Virus record (IMG/VR): IMGVR_UViG_3300044699_000032
Span: 3,220-67,219 of that record
Strand: one strand, 5' to 3'
Length of the DNA stretch: 64,000 bases
Origin: a virus
Shown: piece after piece, positions 60,201-64,000 of the stretch
How the letters are laid out: every line of letters starts with the position of its first letter
Numbering within the stretch: the stretch's first letter is position 1
Translations under genes and position numbers: made by a program
The notes under the pieces: generated by a model
What the model was told of the DNA's origin: nothing
Database searches by the model: none
What the model saw: only the letters and a program-made list of their open reading frames with translations

Positions 60201-63200
60201 CAAGGCCTCGCTAATCAGAATCTCCAATCTAGCGAAGCTTACCGCGCAGCGCGTCTGTGAAAGATCTTCGGGCCAGTTATAGGGTGGACTCTGCGACAGC
60301 TCGCCTGTGTTTGAAATTGTGAGTGCAAAACCTATTCCCTTGATGCCTTAGCCAAAGCGCGTTATGCGAGAAAGCTGGATCCCTGTTCAGACCAGCGATA
60401 GCCTCCCCCGCCCCAATCAGCGCAGCCCCCGGTCCGCCGCTGTGTCTACGACAAAGATTGTTATGCGAAGGAGGGGGGGACCCTTGTTGGGGAGTGGGGG
60501 TGGTCGAATATGCTGATGATCTTGGCAGGCGAGCACGGGGTGATCGGCAAATCTGGGAGGGGTGATTACGCAAAATTTATCTCAAGAAAAGCAACGGATA
60601 TGAACCAGACCTTATCGCGCAGGTGCGGGGCAGGGTTCGCGCCCCGTCGAGCGGGATCTCATAGCCGAATGTGTCGCCAAGGCGATCGACGATGCAGCAA
60701 GTCATCACCGACGCTGAAGGGCAAGAGCGCAGAGCATATCTGCCGCGTCTCGCTAGGAAGGTCCGAGCCCTGTTTGTGCAAGGGCCGCGTCGGGCGTCGC
60801 GCAGGCGTTCGGGCGAGCCGGCGGCACGGGAACGGCGCCGTTGAGGCGGGGCCAGCAGGGGAGCGTCGGGTGAAAGCGCGGGTCACTCACTCACGGACGT
60901 CAGGCCGGGTGAGCAGCAGGGCGTAGACTGTGGTGTCAGCGGAGGCGTCGGCGAGCGGGGCGATGCGGGGCCGCAGGTGTGATGCGCTCGGCTCGAGCCG
61001 GGGTTGGCCTGGCAGGACGGCGCAATTTAACGGTTGGCGCTCAAGGCGAGCGGGTACTGCGACGGCGCATTTGGCTGTCGCTGGCTGCGTGTTCAATCAA
61101 ATGCGAAGGGTCAACTGGTACGTGACAATCTGACGGACGGCGGCGGCTTTCATACATCGGGCCGCGATGTGTGATCGCAAGGACAGGTGGCGGTAACTGC
61201 AAGGACTCGGCTCAAGGACGCGAGCGCTTATGCTGGTGATAACTAGGACCGCACTAGAGTCAATGTTGAGCGGTGTCTCTACGCTCGCACGAGCTTCTCC
61301 TCATCGCGAGTACGGAATAACGCGATGTTCGCTAGGTTTCTCAACTTCGGTTTTCAGATGCACAGGGCGTCGATCACGCCAAATATGGTCGTCCTCTGAC
61401 TAGTACCGATCGTGACTTGCACGCCGCACGGCTGCTTTCAAAGAGTGGAATAAGGAGTTATTTTGCTTAAGGCTCGATCTCAAGCGCACCTGGCGGATCG
61501 ACTTGGATCGCGCGCAAAGGTAGAAATGCCACAAAGAACGCACTGGTCGTCGTGGCGATGATTGAGGACTTTGGCATCGCGGATCTGAGGTCGGGATGAA
61601 CGGACGGCAAGGACGGAGCGCAAGGATATGGCGAGCGACTGGCCCCCAAGCAGCCCGGGTATTCCGCTTATTAGGCAGCACTGGCAAAACTGAGACTGAG
61701 TTTTCCCGACTGGCGCGGACAAGCCTGCGCCATCATCGGCCTTCCGGCCATAGCGAGCGCCAAGGGCTGCCACGTTCGACCCTACTGCCGCGCCATGGCG
61801 CGACAATCCAGTTGCAACAATGGAAAGCCTGGCAGTTGGTGTGTACGTGTGGCCGTCGTGTTCTATGGCTGCGTCGGCGCTGGTGGCGCCATGCGGCAAG
61901 GGTGGGATGCGTTGTCGGCGCTTGATACAATTTAGCAGGATCGAGGGCGTGCGGTACCAGTTTCAAGGGACAGATCCGCAAAGTCACGGGTGATGTCACG
62001 CGTAGCTATTATGATCTCTTGCTGGTTGATACACCCGGGCACGATCGATGCATCGTTTGGCGGATGCAAAAACGGCGGTTTTCAGGGGATCAATCTCGCG
62101 GATTGCAGTTACAGTCTGAACTTGCAAGACTCCTTGTGTGAAGTCGGTTTTCGACTATGACGCGTCGATCTCGAGTGGATGCACTGGCTATCCGCAGGCA
62201 CAACTCCGCCGCTGTCGACCTGCACCCGAATGCCAATCTGCCGCGCTGGCGCGCCGCGCACGCATCGATAGGCGCTCAGCAACCGTTCTATGCGCAGTCC
62301 TTCGGCGTCACCGTGATCACCTGCTAGTACTCGGTCAGATTTGTGAAGGAAGCGTCATTCCAGTGACTAGTGCAGGAGGTCAATGCTGATGGGCAGTAAA
62401 CTCCCCCTCGCCCGTCACGCCCGAAATGAAAATCCGGGGTAAGTACGTCCGCTAGGAGAGGGTGGTCGCCGAGTTAAAGGACGCGCGAGAATATTGCCCG
62501 GCTTTCAAACAACGACGAACTCGGCTGATCTGGCAAGCGCACGTCGCAATCTCAAGACAAAGCTCGACGCTGTCTGGCGCAACTGCAGCCTAGCCTCTGC
62601 ATGATCCGCTCTTCATCGGCTGATGCGGCCATCGACGAGGCTTGAATTCCAGGCTCTTCGTGCCCTATCGCTTGCGCGTCATGCCAGCGAGTCCGCTCGC
62701 ATCACATGGCTGAGGTTGTCGCGTGACCCCACAGAGAGCTTTTGGTATTGCGACGCAAGCCTATAAAGGGTTTTGGTGTACGAGGGATGGGATACGCCGT
62801 TCTCTGCGCTGCGTTGGGGACATTCCTGCAGCGCTGCATTCGAGGCAAGCGGATCTATTTGGACTTGGAATGTTCGCCAAGGCGACATCGCGAGTGTGGA
62901 ATACCGACATCTCCGAGAGGTACGCCTATGGTGTCGAAGCCGGAAGCGATCTAGCGTCAGACTGATACTCTGATTGCGCTAAGCATGGAAGCAATTCTTG
63001 CGCTGTCGAAGATATCAAACGCAAGCAGGGGTTATTATCGCGACGTCGCATCGCGTGACGGGATCGAGAGGCAATAAGAGCGCTACAAAAAGGCAATTGG
63101 ATTGCTTCGGACATGCGGCGCGTTACACGGCTGGCGAAATATGCCGATCGGTGTATCGATCCAGATATCAAAATCCTCCACTTACTCCGCTGATCCCGAC

Positions 63201-64000
63201 GCCAGCCGACATTCTCCTCGTATGCGCGATGCACTCGATTGCAGCAGGAAAGGCCGAACCGCCACTGGTACAAGATAACGGCTGCGATCCGTCCGCACCA
63301 TCGCGAGGGGCGCGGTTTGCGTATTTCGATTAACGAAATGCGCGGTCGGCCGATCGCGCGCCGGCCTATGCGCTCGACAACTACCGCAATCTCCGGATCA
63401 ACCGTTCGGTGTATCTATGGGCGCGGGACGCCCCGATTTCGACTAAAATGCAACGGCTGCTGACTGCACACGATGCGGACGTTGCCTATGAGGTCGCGAT
63501 GACGACATTCGTGTTACAGTGGGCAGGGCTACCTTCTGCTCGGCCTTTGCGTCACGATTTTGATATACAGGTGATGATGATCAATTCCAGCCCAAAAGTT
63601 GCACTGTTCTTTCCTCACGGTCCCTACCTACTATAACAGGACTTTCAAGCTGGCGCTTGTTCGAGCGGAGAGGCCAGAAAATCCACCAGAAGTCTCGGGC
63701 GGGTATGATCCTTGCGACAATGATTTGGTTTCTTGCTGGCACGCTCTGCCGCGTACAATCAGCTTCCCGAGCACAGCGATGTTCGCCCGAACTTGAAACC
63801 ATTCTAGGACCCATGTGCGTCGACGGGCAAAAATACGGCCCTTCCATATATTGGGGACTCGCGGATATCTCCGTCGCTGTCGTTCGCCACTTGGTTGGCC
63901 CCGTTGGTGCCATATGGCGGATATTATCGCTGGCACGTCAATGCGTTTCAGATGGAAAGATTCGCGATGTGCCCGATGATCGGTGGCTAGCGCTCAACCT
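54250..64000 (+). other. low-accuracy inverted copy (fold-back) of about 45955..54200; probable sequencing artefact
   Basis: About 54470-54515 matches the reverse complement of 54081-54130. 56294.. gives STDRMGDIVESEGAKF (protease). About 63940-64000 matches the reverse complement of about 45955-46020. Dense indels throughout and no intact ORF. Confidence 0.95.

Noticed and set aside
54250-64000. ORFs, a second prophage or a degraded duplication in the last 10 kb
   Set aside because: Collinear reverse complement of 46-54 kb with dense indels. The ORFs are noise fragments.
1-64000. tRNA, rRNA, integrase/att site or IS element
   Set aside because: None recognised by eye. tRNAscan-SE and HMM searches would be needed to exclude them formally.

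Overview
One 64-kb stretch of an HK97-type tailed phage or prophage with an alphaproteobacterial, probably Rhizobiales-like, gene content (GcrA homologue, Cro-like gene, high GC). It looks like a single uncorrected long read: many genes carry isolated 1-nt frameshifts, and from about 54.25 kb the sequence folds back into a very noisy reverse complement of about 45.95-54.2 kb, so only about 54 kb is unique. Layout: a + strand DUF2201-type metallopeptidase/VWA gene (1-1.4 kb); a - strand Cro/GcrA/MT-A70/RuvC-like/DUF1376/NusG-like/HNH arm (2.3-8.8 kb); a + strand early arm with a RecE-like exonuclease and a Sak4-like ATPase (8.9-14.8 kb); and a long - strand late operon (terminase, protease-capsid, portal, collagen-like protein, a glycosyl/methyltransferase cluster, decoration or adhesin proteins, neck, tail, fibres, lysis; 15.3-54.2 kb). 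No integrase, CI repressor, CRISPR array or tRNA was recognised. The standout feature is at 10.8-13.7 kb: a stand-alone RAMP/Cas7-like gene plus one partner gene, embedded in eight arrays (about 315 units) of a strict 5-nt code of constant CGC (or CTC/CAC) plus a variable dinucleotide, capped by CGCAA runs and split by conserved U-rich linkers. This is a candidate phage RNA-guided system in which the dinucleotides would spell a gapped target. All product calls come from motif recognition by eye; no database search was run.
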